From IMG/VR virus record IMGVR_UViG_3300045988_101293, positions 1-62,254 of that record: a stretch of DNA of 62,254 nucleotides. One strand, written 5' to 3'. This stretch comes from a virus. How positions within the stretch are numbered: the first letter of the stretch is position 1; every line of letters starts with the position of its first letter. The notes under the pieces are model-generated. The model worked only from the letters and a program-made list of their open reading frames with translations. It did no database searches and was not told where the DNA came from. Positions 7,445 through 14,968 of this stretch are shown here, piece by piece. The position numbers and the translations under genes were made by a program.

Positions 7445-7547
7445 TGATTGCGAGCGGAATCGAACCGCTTAATGTCCTAATATTCAACTTGTCGGCTAAC
7501 TACAAAGCTATATCTATGGCCTATCCATTTAACCACCTATCGCAATC
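7445..7547 (-). ncRNA. tRNA-like element 2: perfect 7-bp acceptor stem and canonical T-arm, 102 nt, expanded non-canonical core
   Basis: Minus strand: GATTGCG...AGCGG-TTCGATT-CCGCT-CGCAATC-A. D-like arm TGGT/GCCA with an 11-nt GG-containing loop. A 5-bp stem closes a 9-nt loop AGTTAGCCG. The linkers are 5, 10 and 18 nt, so it is not a standard cloverleaf. Confidence 0.45.
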
Positions 7548-7635
7548 TTTTGTGTAGCTATTCTCCCGAACCGCGTACACATAACACATTTAGTATGAAA
7601 TATGAAATAGAGTTTATTTTAATCGTTACTTCTTG

Positions 7636-7875
7636 TTAGAAAATAATTTTGTTAAAGTAATTGTAATCACCTTTTGCAAAAAAGGTAGCAACTTTCTTCG
7701 CTGCGGTTTTTGTTAGAAATATGGGGTTGAGACCATTTCTCACGTATTCAACGTCTTGTGAAATGTACTCCATTGCGGTTGCGTTATCCATTGCTTGCAA
7801 CTTTGCAGCTTTATTGTTAGCAATGATTACGTTCATATTTAAGTTGAAGTACTTACTAATTAATGTAGCTTTCAT
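7636..7875 (-). CDS. First gene of the leftward early operon (Cro-position protein, function unknown)
   Basis: Divergent from the repressor gene across a 240-bp AT-rich control region. Confidence 0.45.
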   Translation of the reverse strand: MKATLISKYFNLNMNVIIANNKAAKLQAMDNATAMEYISQDVEYVRNGLNPIFLTKTAAKKVATFFAKGDYNYFNKIIF

Positions 7876-7908
7876 TTTGATTAAGTTTTTAATTTGTTGT
7901 TAGTAATG

Positions 7909-7939
7909 TTTGCTTACATAAGTTTAATGCTTATATTTG
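7909..7939 (+). promoter_or_regulatory. Bacteroidota-type promoter (TTTG-N19-TAtaTTTG) reading toward the repressor gene
   Basis: TTTG at 7909..7912 and TATATTTG at 7932..7939. Confidence 0.45.
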
Positions 7940-7952
7940 CAATATGTTTTGT

Positions 7953-7972
7953 AACAAGTTTAGTAACTTGTT
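7953..7972. promoter_or_regulatory. Candidate operator: perfect inverted repeat AACAAGTT-tagt-AACTTGTT
   Basis: 8-bp arms and a 4-nt spacer, located in the divergent control region. Confidence 0.45.
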
Positions 7973-8021
7973 TTAAAACACATTGCAAAAATACAAAGTG
8001 AATTGATATAATACAACATAA

Positions 8022-8040
8022 ATCCAAAGAAAATTTGGAT
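8022..8040. promoter_or_regulatory. Candidate operator: perfect inverted repeat ATCCAAA-gaaaa-TTTGGAT
   Basis: 7-bp arms, located in the divergent control region. Confidence 0.4.
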
Positions 8041-8116
8041 ATGATTGTATTTTTAATATCTATTAATACGGAATGTAAACTATAAGATTGCAAAGTAATA
8101 TGTAATAAATAAAGAC

Positions 8117-8914
8117 TTGATAACTAATATGGGAAATAACGGAAAAGTTGAACGTATTGAAAAGGCTTTTAAGTATTTGCAATACAAGGGCCTGGTTCAA
8201 GATAAAAAGAACCTTGCTATAAAAATGAATAGAAACACTTCTTCAATAAGTAGAGTTTTTAGTGGTGATGAAAAATATCTCACGGATAAATTCTTTATTA
8301 AATTCTGTCATACATTTAATGATATTATTAATAAAGATTGGCTCATCACAGGTGAGGGCGAGATGCTCAGCGACCAATCTACAACCAACATAGCGAGCAA
8401 CAAAACCTATGGAGATAACGCAAGCGGAAACAACAATATAACTATTACGAACGCGCGCACGCGCACGCGAGAGGAAGATGAAGGCGATAAGTACAAAGAA
8501 ATCGTATTCCGACCAGTCGTAACAAAACAGCTCGCCACTCAATCTGATACAGACGTGTATTCTGTGATTAAGGAGGATAAAACGCTTAAACTGCAATACA
8601 TTCCTGCAATACCGCCTTACACATCTATTGACTTTTATTATACGATTCGGCAAGACGCGATGCTGCCCGAATATAAACTCGGAGAAGTCCTCGCACTTGA
8701 ACACATGAAGAGTAATTCGGACATTGTGCAAGGTGCTGCAATGGTCGTAGATACAAGTGATTTTGGTTTTTTGTTCAGAAGGATATACGACCGAGGAGAT
8801 TACTACGAGTGCAGGAGGATTAACGAGAACAGCGTTTTTGAAAATCAGAATGTTCCTAAATCTAAGGTCATAAGGCTGTACAGAGTGATTTATTCGATGA
8901 AGTTCGGAGATTGA
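8117..8914 (+). CDS. CI-like repressor: N-terminal HTH plus C-terminal S24-peptidase-like domain lacking the catalytic Ser/Lys
   Basis: N-terminal NLAIKMNRNTSSISRVFSG (HTH). C-terminal IRQDAMLPEYKLGEVLAL...FLFRRIY aligns to the GDSMxP...KR(L) pattern with Ser->Ala and Lys->Arg. The ATG at 8129 is the likely start. Confidence 0.65.
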   Translation: MITNMGNNGKVERIEKAFKYLQYKGLVQDKKNLAIKMNRNTSSISRVFSGDEKYLTDKFFIKFCHTFNDIINKDWLITGEGEMLSDQSTTNIASNKTYGDNASGNNNITITNARTRTREEDEGDKYKEIVFRPVVTKQLATQSDTDVYSVIKEDKTLKLQYIPAIPPYTSIDFYYTIRQDAMLPEYKLGEVLALEHMKSNSDIVQGAAMVVDTSDFGFLFRRIYDRGDYYECRRINENSVFENQNVPKSKVIRLYRVIYSMKFGD

Positions 8915-8992
8915 GAATTGCAATAGATTTTTCATTTGTAGCCCTACTGAAATCGGTAGGGTTACAAGAACACGAGCATAAATAGTAATGTT

Positions 8993-10207
8993 ATGAAATA
9001 CGTATACACCTTTGCAGTTGATGCGCGCGGTTCTCTGCGCGTGTTTATCACATATAATAAGCGTAAGTTTTCCTATTCGCTCGGGTTTCATGTTGACAAG
9101 AGTAAATGGGACATGGCTATGCAGCGGTGCAAGCGTAACACCACTCACGGAAAGAGCTTTACGCCTGCAATCAAGATAAATGCAGAGATACAGAAGTATG
9201 AGGAGACAATACAATCTGTTGCCAACTCATTCAAGGATTCTCCTGCAATAGAAGACTTCAAGGCTGCGCTTGACAAGGAGTTTAAGCGTGAAAATAAAAC
9301 TGCACAAAAGGAAGGCTTCTTCGACCTCTATGAGAGGTATATACGCGAGCAGGACAGCATCTGTAATTGGAGCGACAGCGTATATCGGAAGCATCAACGG
9401 ATATTGCAAGAATGGAAGATGTTCGATGCCGAGATGAGCATCGACAAAATAAATCCTGATACGCTTGACAAATTTGCGGTCTTCCAGTCTAACCTCGGCC
9501 ACCAGAACGAAACAACCAAGAAGAAAATCTCAATGTCCAAGTGGTTCTTCCGCTGGCTTGTTGCCAAGGGTCTATTAACAGACATTTCCTTTACGGCCCA
9601 CAAGACACACCTCAAACGTTCTAACCGCAATGTAGTGTTCTTAACGTGGGAGGAATTGATAACAGTATATAATCACACGTTCGAGCAAACTTATCTGTCA
9701 CGCACACGCGATATATTTTGCTTTTGCTGTTTCACGTCCCTACGCTATTCCGATGCCGCTGCATTAAAAAAGACAGACATATACGATGACGCAATACACA
9801 TAACAACACAAAAAACAAATGATAAGATTACAATAGAACTTAACAACTACTCTCGCACAATCTTGCAGCGGTATGCTGATAGCGAAACTGACAAGGCTCT
9901 CCCTGTCATCTCCAACCAAAAAATGAACGTATATATCAAGGAAGTGTGCCGTCAATGCGGCATCAACGAAAAATTGACTGATATATATTATATAGGTGGG
10001 AAGAAAATAGAAGAAACAAAAGAAAAATGGCAAATGGTCGGCACGCACAGCGGAAGGCGTACATTTATCTGTAATGCGCTTATGCTTGGAATTGCGCCCA
10101 ATGTTGTGATGAAGTGGACGGGACACTCCGATTATAAGAGTATGCAGCCTTATATAGACATAGCGGACGAAGCAAAAAAAACGGCTATGGACTTGTTCAA
10201 CAAATAG
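8993..10207 (+). CDS. int: Tyrosine recombinase / phage integrase (Bacteroidota type)
   Basis: C-terminal catalytic region SLRYSDAAAL...HSGRRTFICNALMLGIAPNVVMKWTGHSDYKSMQPYIDI shows the R...HxxR...Y signature. Confidence 0.85.
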   Translation: MKYVYTFAVDARGSLRVFITYNKRKFSYSLGFHVDKSKWDMAMQRCKRNTTHGKSFTPAIKINAEIQKYEETIQSVANSFKDSPAIEDFKAALDKEFKRENKTAQKEGFFDLYERYIREQDSICNWSDSVYRKHQRILQEWKMFDAEMSIDKINPDTLDKFAVFQSNLGHQNETTKKKISMSKWFFRWLVAKGLLTDISFTAHKTHLKRSNRNVVFLTWEELITVYNHTFEQTYLSRTRDIFCFCCFTSLRYSDAAALKKTDIYDDAIHITTQKTNDKITIELNNYSRTILQRYADSETDKALPVISNQKMNVYIKEVCRQCGINEKLTDIYYIGGKKIEETKEKWQMVGTHSGRRTFICNALMLGIAPNVVMKWTGHSDYKSMQPYIDIADEAKKTAMDLFNK

Positions 10208-10434
10208 CCATAACCGCTTATTTCGCACGCATTTCAGCACGTATGATTTGTAACTTGCTGATAATCAACGTGGTTTGTGCGCCTGATAGGACTCACGGAT
10301 TGTTTTTAGTTGTGTTGATATAACGCAATAGAGTATTGATTATCAAACATTTATAATTTTGCATTGCGCAATATATCGCAACAAACCACAACAAATAGCA
10401 CGCAATTTCGCACGCATTTCTTTTAGGTGCGTGC
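10199..10434. other. Candidate attP region with duplicated arm-type sites
   Basis: AACAAATAGC plus ATTTCGCACGCATTTC occurs at 10199..10235 and again at 10390..10420. Inverted repeat GCACGCA-N11-TGCGTGC at 10411..10435. Non-coding, immediately 3' of int. Confidence 0.45.
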
Positions 10435-10921
10435 GATCTTAAATAAAAAACAATACGACTACCGCAGAGAATCAGCGGCCGCCCGCAATCTCAACAACGA
10501 AGAAATTGCTGTTGAACATGGCATGAGCGAAGAGCAAGCAGAACTCATTTCTAAGTTATGCTCAATTCGCCACAATTTTCACTGCAATATAGATAGTCTT
10601 GCGAAGAATAGCGACAATTCAATCTTTGATGAGATTGAGAACATAGAAGACGCAATCAACGAGAGCGGACTTCCGCAACTGAATGTTGCAAGCATGCTGC
10701 TTGATGCTGACGATATGAATGGACTTATCTACGAATATGGCGATGACGTACCCGAAGACCATGATAGCAAAGAGTTCCAAGATTGGTATGACGATAATTA
10801 TACTCGCATTTACAGAGAACTTGAAGGAATAAACAAAAACATCGAAAAATACTTATCAAGCATTGATGCGAAGTACGGAACACATTGGTGTCCTGCTGGG
10901 TATTTAAGATTTATGATATAA
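10427..10921 (+). CDS. Highly acidic protein (moron next to attP); true start probably at an internal Met (MSEEQAEL)
   Basis: Asp/Glu-rich throughout (DADDMNGLIYEYGDDVPEDHDSKEFQDWYDDNY). Confidence 0.5.
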   Translation: MRAILNKKQYDYRRESAAARNLNNEEIAVEHGMSEEQAELISKLCSIRHNFHCNIDSLAKNSDNSIFDEIENIEDAINESGLPQLNVASMLLDADDMNGLIYEYGDDVPEDHDSKEFQDWYDDNYTRIYRELEGINKNIEKYLSSIDAKYGTHWCPAGYLRFMI

Positions 10922-10937
10922 AAAAAATGAATAATCT

Positions 10938-11108
10938 ATGAATAAAAACAACTGGGGCGGCAAACGCACAAACGCAGGTCGCAAAAAAGTCGGTGATGCA
11001 GTCTTATACTGCCGAATGCCGCAAAAGGCAGTAGACAAAATAAAAACCTCTGCAAAAGAGCAAAACCTTGCAGTAGGTGACTACCTAATCAAGCGACTCG
11101 GATTATAG
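10938..11108 (+). CDS. Small basic protein with a GGKRxNAGRK motif (ribbon-helix-helix-like?)
   Basis: Hand translation: MNKNNWGGKRTNAGRKKVGDAVLYCRMPQKAVDKIKTSAKEQNLAVGDYLIKRLGL. Below the 60-aa cutoff of the ORF track. Confidence 0.45.
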   Translation: MNKNNWGGKRTNAGRKKVGDAVLYCRMPQKAVDKIKTSAKEQNLAVGDYLIKRLGL

Positions 11109-11113
11109 CAAAA

Positions 11114-11141
11114 AGCGTGACGATGTGTCACGCTTTTTTTA
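11114..11141. terminator. Bidirectional intrinsic terminator between convergent genes
   Basis: AGCGTGAC-gatgt-GTCACGCT followed by T7 and preceded by A4. Confidence 0.7.
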
Positions 11142-11495
11142 TTCAAAACTCTTCATATACCGCCATATCTTGTTGCAAGGCGCGTCTTCGTCCTCAAAGA
11201 AAAATGCATGACCTGTTTCTATAATCAAGTCTGTAGTCAACGTTTTGCACAAGTCGGCATAAGCAGCGTTAAACGCTACATACTTGTCGTAATCCGTCAC
11301 ACAAGGCTTGAACTGCAATCCCTTCGTTGCTTCAAGGACCTGCTCCATGCTCCAATGCGGCCCGTGATGCTCTGTACCGTCCTTAGTCGTGTAGTATATG
11401 CGGCTTACCGCCTCTTCTGCACTTTCCTTGTCGAAGTGCTTGCACTTGCCACCACCCTTGCAAAACACAATATACAATCTTCCCATAATCATCAT
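11139..11495 (-). CDS. Hypothetical protein
   Basis: 118-aa ORF, last gene of the minus-strand late unit. Confidence 0.45.
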   Translation of the reverse strand: MMIMGRLYIVFCKGGGKCKHFDKESAEEAVSRIYYTTKDGTEHHGPHWSMEQVLEATKGLQFKPCVTDYDKYVAFNAAYADLCKTLTTDLIIETGHAFFFEDEDAPCNKIWRYMKSFE

Positions 11496-11974
11496 TTTTT
11501 AAATTCGTTGATAAAATCACGAAGGACAGCGCCAAGGCTCTTCACCTCGTTCTCAATTCCTTCAATCCGCTTATCTTGCGCTCGTTTTTCGGCAAAAGCA
11601 GGATTAAGATCCTCCAACAACTGGTTACAATTTATCACCGTTTGCTTGTGTATCTCAACCTGTGACAATGCCTCCTCGCTTGCAGCTTTAAGTGCTTCCA
11701 CTTCTCTTAGTATTCCGTCCTTGTCAGTTGACAACACAAGATGCCCAGCATACGTTATTGATGCAGTTTCGGGAATTGTGTATGTCTTGGTTGCACCATC
11801 TGCCTCAATGGTTATATCCACAACAAGACCAGTAGGCTGCGCACCGAAAGCCTTGGCTTGGTTATTGTCGTAACGCGGAACTGCAACACTCACGGCTTTG
11901 CCTTGATAGTACCTTGTTTTCTCCTTGTCAAGGAAGTAAATCGGGTAGCCAGTCTTTATGTCTTTGAATAGCAT
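11492..11974 (-). CDS. Hypothetical protein with a C-terminal coiled coil
   Basis: 160-aa ORF; ATGA overlap with the next gene. Confidence 0.45.
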   Translation of the reverse strand: MLFKDIKTGYPIYFLDKEKTRYYQGKAVSVAVPRYDNNQAKAFGAQPTGLVVDITIEADGATKTYTIPETASITYAGHLVLSTDKDGILREVEALKAASEEALSQVEIHKQTVINCNQLLEDLNPAFAEKRAQDKRIEGIENEVKSLGAVLRDFINEFKK

Positions 11975-11991
11975 GATTTTAACTTATTAGT

Positions 11992-12066
11992 AGCACGTGG
12001 GGCAATCACCTCCCCACGTGCTTGTTATTACTTCTATTTCGACCTTTTTCGCGACCTCGCGAAAAA
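11992..12066 (-). terminator. Two consecutive strong hairpins (11-bp and 10-bp stems) in a 120-nt non-coding gap
   Basis: AGCACGTGGGG-N9-CCCCACGTGCT at 11992..12022. TTTTTCGCGA-cc-TCGCGAAAAA at 12045..12066. Confidence 0.4.
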
Positions 12067-12141
12067 GCTATTGTTGTCAACCTTTTCGTTGGCGTCAATA
12101 GAATGGTTATCAGTGGTTATTTCCTTTCTGGAAACACCTCC

Positions 12142-12975
12142 TCATGTCGTTGCAGTCGTAGTTTTGCCCAAAGCAGCAATCAGTGCGGCAGTTTGGTTCT
12201 GCTGAGATAATTCAAGGCGAGCATCTTGATACTTGCGGTCAATATCGGCATACCAATGGTTGTTAAGGGCGTCAATTATGCGCTGAGTGTTGTCCTGTCC
12301 AGCACGAATCACATCGCACTTGTCCTGCGACATCTGATAGCCTACAGAGCTAAATCCACGCTCCACCGATGAGTTTACGAAATTCAAGTTTTGCTGCAAG
12401 GCGTTGGTTTGCCCCTGAATAGCAATCTGATTTTCATAACCCATTTTCAAGATTCCTTGTTGCGTATTGCAGCAACAATTCTGAATTGCTTGAATTACGG
12501 CCGCGTTACCTTTGTCGGCTGCGTTAATAACGCGCTCTGCTGAGAAGCCTACTTGCCCTGCTACTTGGTCAATTGCTGAACGTACCGCGCACACTCCTTG
12601 CTGCAACTGATTAAAGTCGCAATTAAGGTTTGCACCCAGTGTTGTAAGAGCATCGTTATTACCCTTGATAGCCTGCATCAGCAAGTCGGAGTTGTGGTTG
12701 TCGGCCATCTGTGAGCGCAAAGATTGTATTTGGCCCTGTATCTCCGCATCTTGCAGACCATTGCGGTTGCCGAACCCGAAGCCATTGCCACCGAACATAG
12801 CAAGGAAGATAAGGTACAAGAATGGATTGTTAAGCCATTGGTTCGCGCCACCCAAACCACCATTCATCATAGCTGCCATTGCAAGTGGGTCATTGTTTTT
12901 GTTCGCCATTGCTGCATAGGCAAGGGCATCGTTGTTCCCTCTGTCGCAACAGATTACTTTCTCTACATTGTCCAT
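12142..12975 (-). CDS. Cys/Gly-rich membrane-associated protein with a Q/N-rich coiled region
   Basis: Likely start MDNVEKVICCDRG at 12975. Hydrophobic FLYLIFLAMFGGNGFGFG. Confidence 0.5.
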   Translation of the reverse strand: MDNVEKVICCDRGNNDALAYAAMANKNNDPLAMAAMMNGGLGGANQWLNNPFLYLIFLAMFGGNGFGFGNRNGLQDAEIQGQIQSLRSQMADNHNSDLLMQAIKGNNDALTTLGANLNCDFNQLQQGVCAVRSAIDQVAGQVGFSAERVINAADKGNAAVIQAIQNCCCNTQQGILKMGYENQIAIQGQTNALQQNLNFVNSSVERGFSSVGYQMSQDKCDVIRAGQDNTQRIIDALNNHWYADIDRKYQDARLELSQQNQTAALIAALGKTTTATT

Positions 12976-13117
12976 AATTATAAATGTATTAAGTCGGTCG
13001 GGGAATATCCCCCGATACCGCAAAGATTGTGACAAGTTGCTTGTGATTTGCTTGTTAGTTTTGTTTGTTGTTTGTGAGTTGTTTGTACTCAACTCTGCAC
13101 CAATAATTGTTAATTTA

Positions 13118-13149
13118 TTTGGAAGTTGTAGATTGCAGTTGTATCTTTG
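13118..13149 (+). promoter_or_regulatory. Bacteroidota-type promoter (TTTG-N20-TAtcTTTG) of the HEPN-like cassette
   Basis: TTTG at 13118..13121 and TATCTTTG at 13142..13149, 26 nt upstream of the ATG at 13175. Confidence 0.55.
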
Positions 13150-13174
13150 CACTCAAATAAGAGTGTGTTATTGT

Positions 13175-13570
13175 ATGAAAAATAAATCTCAACAATCATT
13201 GGAAGCTGCGCAAAAACTAATAAATTTGCGCAAGCCACTTGGTTATAATTCATCAATACATTGCTCTTATTATGCGGTATTGCAATATATGAAATATATG
13301 CTTGCTAACACACGGAATACTCCGTTATCTTATGAACAGCAAGATATTTCAAGCCAAAGTTCTCATGAGTACCTTTTGACTGAAATTACCAACAGATTTG
13401 ATAGTTACAACGAAAGACGAAACTTCACTCATCTATTTAGACTTCTAAAGAAAAATAGGGTCGAGGCCGATTACACCACAAAAGATTTCTCGGAATTTGA
13501 GAGTTTGAAATGCAAAGAAAATGCAGAAGCCGCGATTAAAAAAATAAAACGTAATTTGGGTGACCTATGA
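13175..13570 (+). CDS. HEPN-like four-helix protein (putative toxin/effector of a three-gene cassette)
   Basis: SIHCSYYAVLQYMKYMLA...SSHEYLLTEI...LKKNRVEADY fits the HEPN helix pattern. The R-x4-Y replaces the usual R-x4-6-H. Confidence 0.5.
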   Translation: MKNKSQQSLEAAQKLINLRKPLGYNSSIHCSYYAVLQYMKYMLANTRNTPLSYEQQDISSQSSHEYLLTEITNRFDSYNERRNFTHLFRLLKKNRVEADYTTKDFSEFESLKCKENAEAAIKKIKRNLGDL

Positions 13571-13998
13571 AAAAGGAAATAATCAAAGAACAACTTAATA
13601 CATGGTTTGGCCAAATGCTGCAAAAGTATACTTGGCTTAGTATAAAGTTTGAGTATAACGATTTGGAAAAATGCTTCATGGTTTCCTTTTCGCCTAAATT
13701 CATCATATCTCAAGATGAAGGATTTTGTAAAGAGGCTCTGACTTTTGAGAACGAAATGAATGAGGCGTATGGAGATTACGCCCCTTTGTTCTGCGATGAT
13801 GAAGATCTTTTTACTTTGTCTTCTGGAGCTGAGTTTTTGTCAAATCAGACATCAAACTCATTCTATACAGATGAAACGATTGATTTCGCGGAAGTGAACA
13901 TTTGCGATGTTTCAGCGTATATATCCTCTGAAGAAATTGAGCAAAATACTGATATTGAGGTAGTGCAATATAACAATAAATACAGAATAGCGGCATGA
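13567..13998 (+). CDS. Acidic protein of unknown fold (putative antitoxin / partner)
   Basis: ATGA overlaps with both neighbours. The Asp/Glu-rich C-terminal half has no recognisable motif. Confidence 0.45.
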   Translation: MKKEIIKEQLNTWFGQMLQKYTWLSIKFEYNDLEKCFMVSFSPKFIISQDEGFCKEALTFENEMNEAYGDYAPLFCDDEDLFTLSSGAEFLSNQTSNSFYTDETIDFAEVNICDVSAYISSEEIEQNTDIEVVQYNNKYRIAA

Positions 13999-14414
13999 AA
14001 CCAATAGAATACCAAATTGCATCAATGCGAGTGCTGCATTCCAATATTATTCCTGAAAATTACGATGCAGAAGGACGTATTCAGTTAGGCAATACATTCT
14101 CTTTTGGAGTTAATGTGGACAACAAATTAATCCTATGCAATCACAAGTTTGTTTTGAAAAAGCAAACTGAAACCTTTGTTGATATAGAATTAGAAACAAT
14201 CTATACAATCTCGTCTGAATCTTTTAATGAAATGATAGACAATGGACGAATTGTAATTCCTACTGGGTTCTTAGTCCAATGCGGATCTATAAGTTATGGG
14301 TCTTTACGTGGTATAGTTTTATTGAAGACGAAAGAAAAAGGCTTAGATAATGTCATTATTCCGCCAATGTATATCGACCAAATTATCAATGAACCTGTTA
14401 TCATGAATTTGTAA
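13995..14414 (+). CDS. SecB-like chaperone-fold protein (candidate)
   Basis: N-terminal YQIASMRVLHSNIIPEN compares with SecB FQIQRIYTKDISFEAPN. C-terminal CGSISYGSLRGIVLLKTKEKGLDNVIIPPMYID compares with SecB [33 protein letters not shown]. Confidence 0.45.
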   Translation: MKPIEYQIASMRVLHSNIIPENYDAEGRIQLGNTFSFGVNVDNKLILCNHKFVLKKQTETFVDIELETIYTISSESFNEMIDNGRIVIPTGFLVQCGSISYGSLRGIVLLKTKEKGLDNVIIPPMYIDQIINEPVIMNL

Positions 14415-14462
14415 ACACAACATTAACTTCTCGAATCCTAACTTGTAAGATTCCATATAAAT

Positions 14463-14488
14463 AAAGACCACCCATTTAGGTGGTCTTT
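14463..14488. terminator. Bidirectional intrinsic terminator after the three-gene cassette
   Basis: AAAGACCACC-cattta-GGTGGTCTTT, followed by a T-rich tract. Confidence 0.7.
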
Positions 14489-14584
14489 ATTCATTCTTTT
14501 TAGTCAGTCCTTTATCTCGGATTATTTTCGGAAAAATGCACAGAAAACACGCATTTCTGCCAGATTATCACCGATTATTTTCCA

Positions 14585-14875
14585 CTATTGCGTAACCAGA
14601 CGCTTCTTCACCTCCTCCCTCATCACCCGTGCAGCAAGCCCCTTAAGCCTGTACCTCGCACTATTCTTCAGTGAGTTTACTCGCTGCTGACTCATTCCGC
14701 TAACGGCTGCAATATCAAACTCCGTAAAGCCAATCTCAATAAGCGTGTTAATCATTACCACACGCGCAATAACACTTCTTTCTGTGCGTGAGGTCGCGAG
14801 TTGTTCAAATGTTAATCCAATCGCTTCTAAGGTGGCTTCAACCACTCTGTTGTATATATCTTCAAGTTGTTTCAT
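14585..14875 (-). CDS. Small HTH protein (DnaA-domain-IV-like / sigma-region-4-like)
   Basis: Likely start MKQLEDIY. RTERSVIARVVMINTLIEIGFTEFDIAAVSGMSQQRVNSL. Confidence 0.45.
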   Translation of the reverse strand: MKQLEDIYNRVVEATLEAIGLTFEQLATSRTERSVIARVVMINTLIEIGFTEFDIAAVSGMSQQRVNSLKNSARYRLKGLAARVMREEVKKRLVTQ

Positions 14876-14968
14876 TATTTCGGATTTTATTGTTGATTGA
14901 ATAAAAGACAAAGGCAAGCAGAGGAACACCGCGCACGGCTCCTCGCTTGCCAACTCAACACAATAAAA

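Noticed and set aside
8243-9214. 323-aa minus-strand ORF overlapping the repressor and integrase genes
   Set aside because: It is antisense to two genes with clear family motifs. Its composition is shadow-like and no start context supports it.
12932-13174. Upstream extension of the HEPN-like ORF (212-aa version)
   Set aside because: The extension overlaps the divergent gene start and contains the TTTG/TATCTTTG promoter. The ATG at 13175 follows the promoter at the expected distance.
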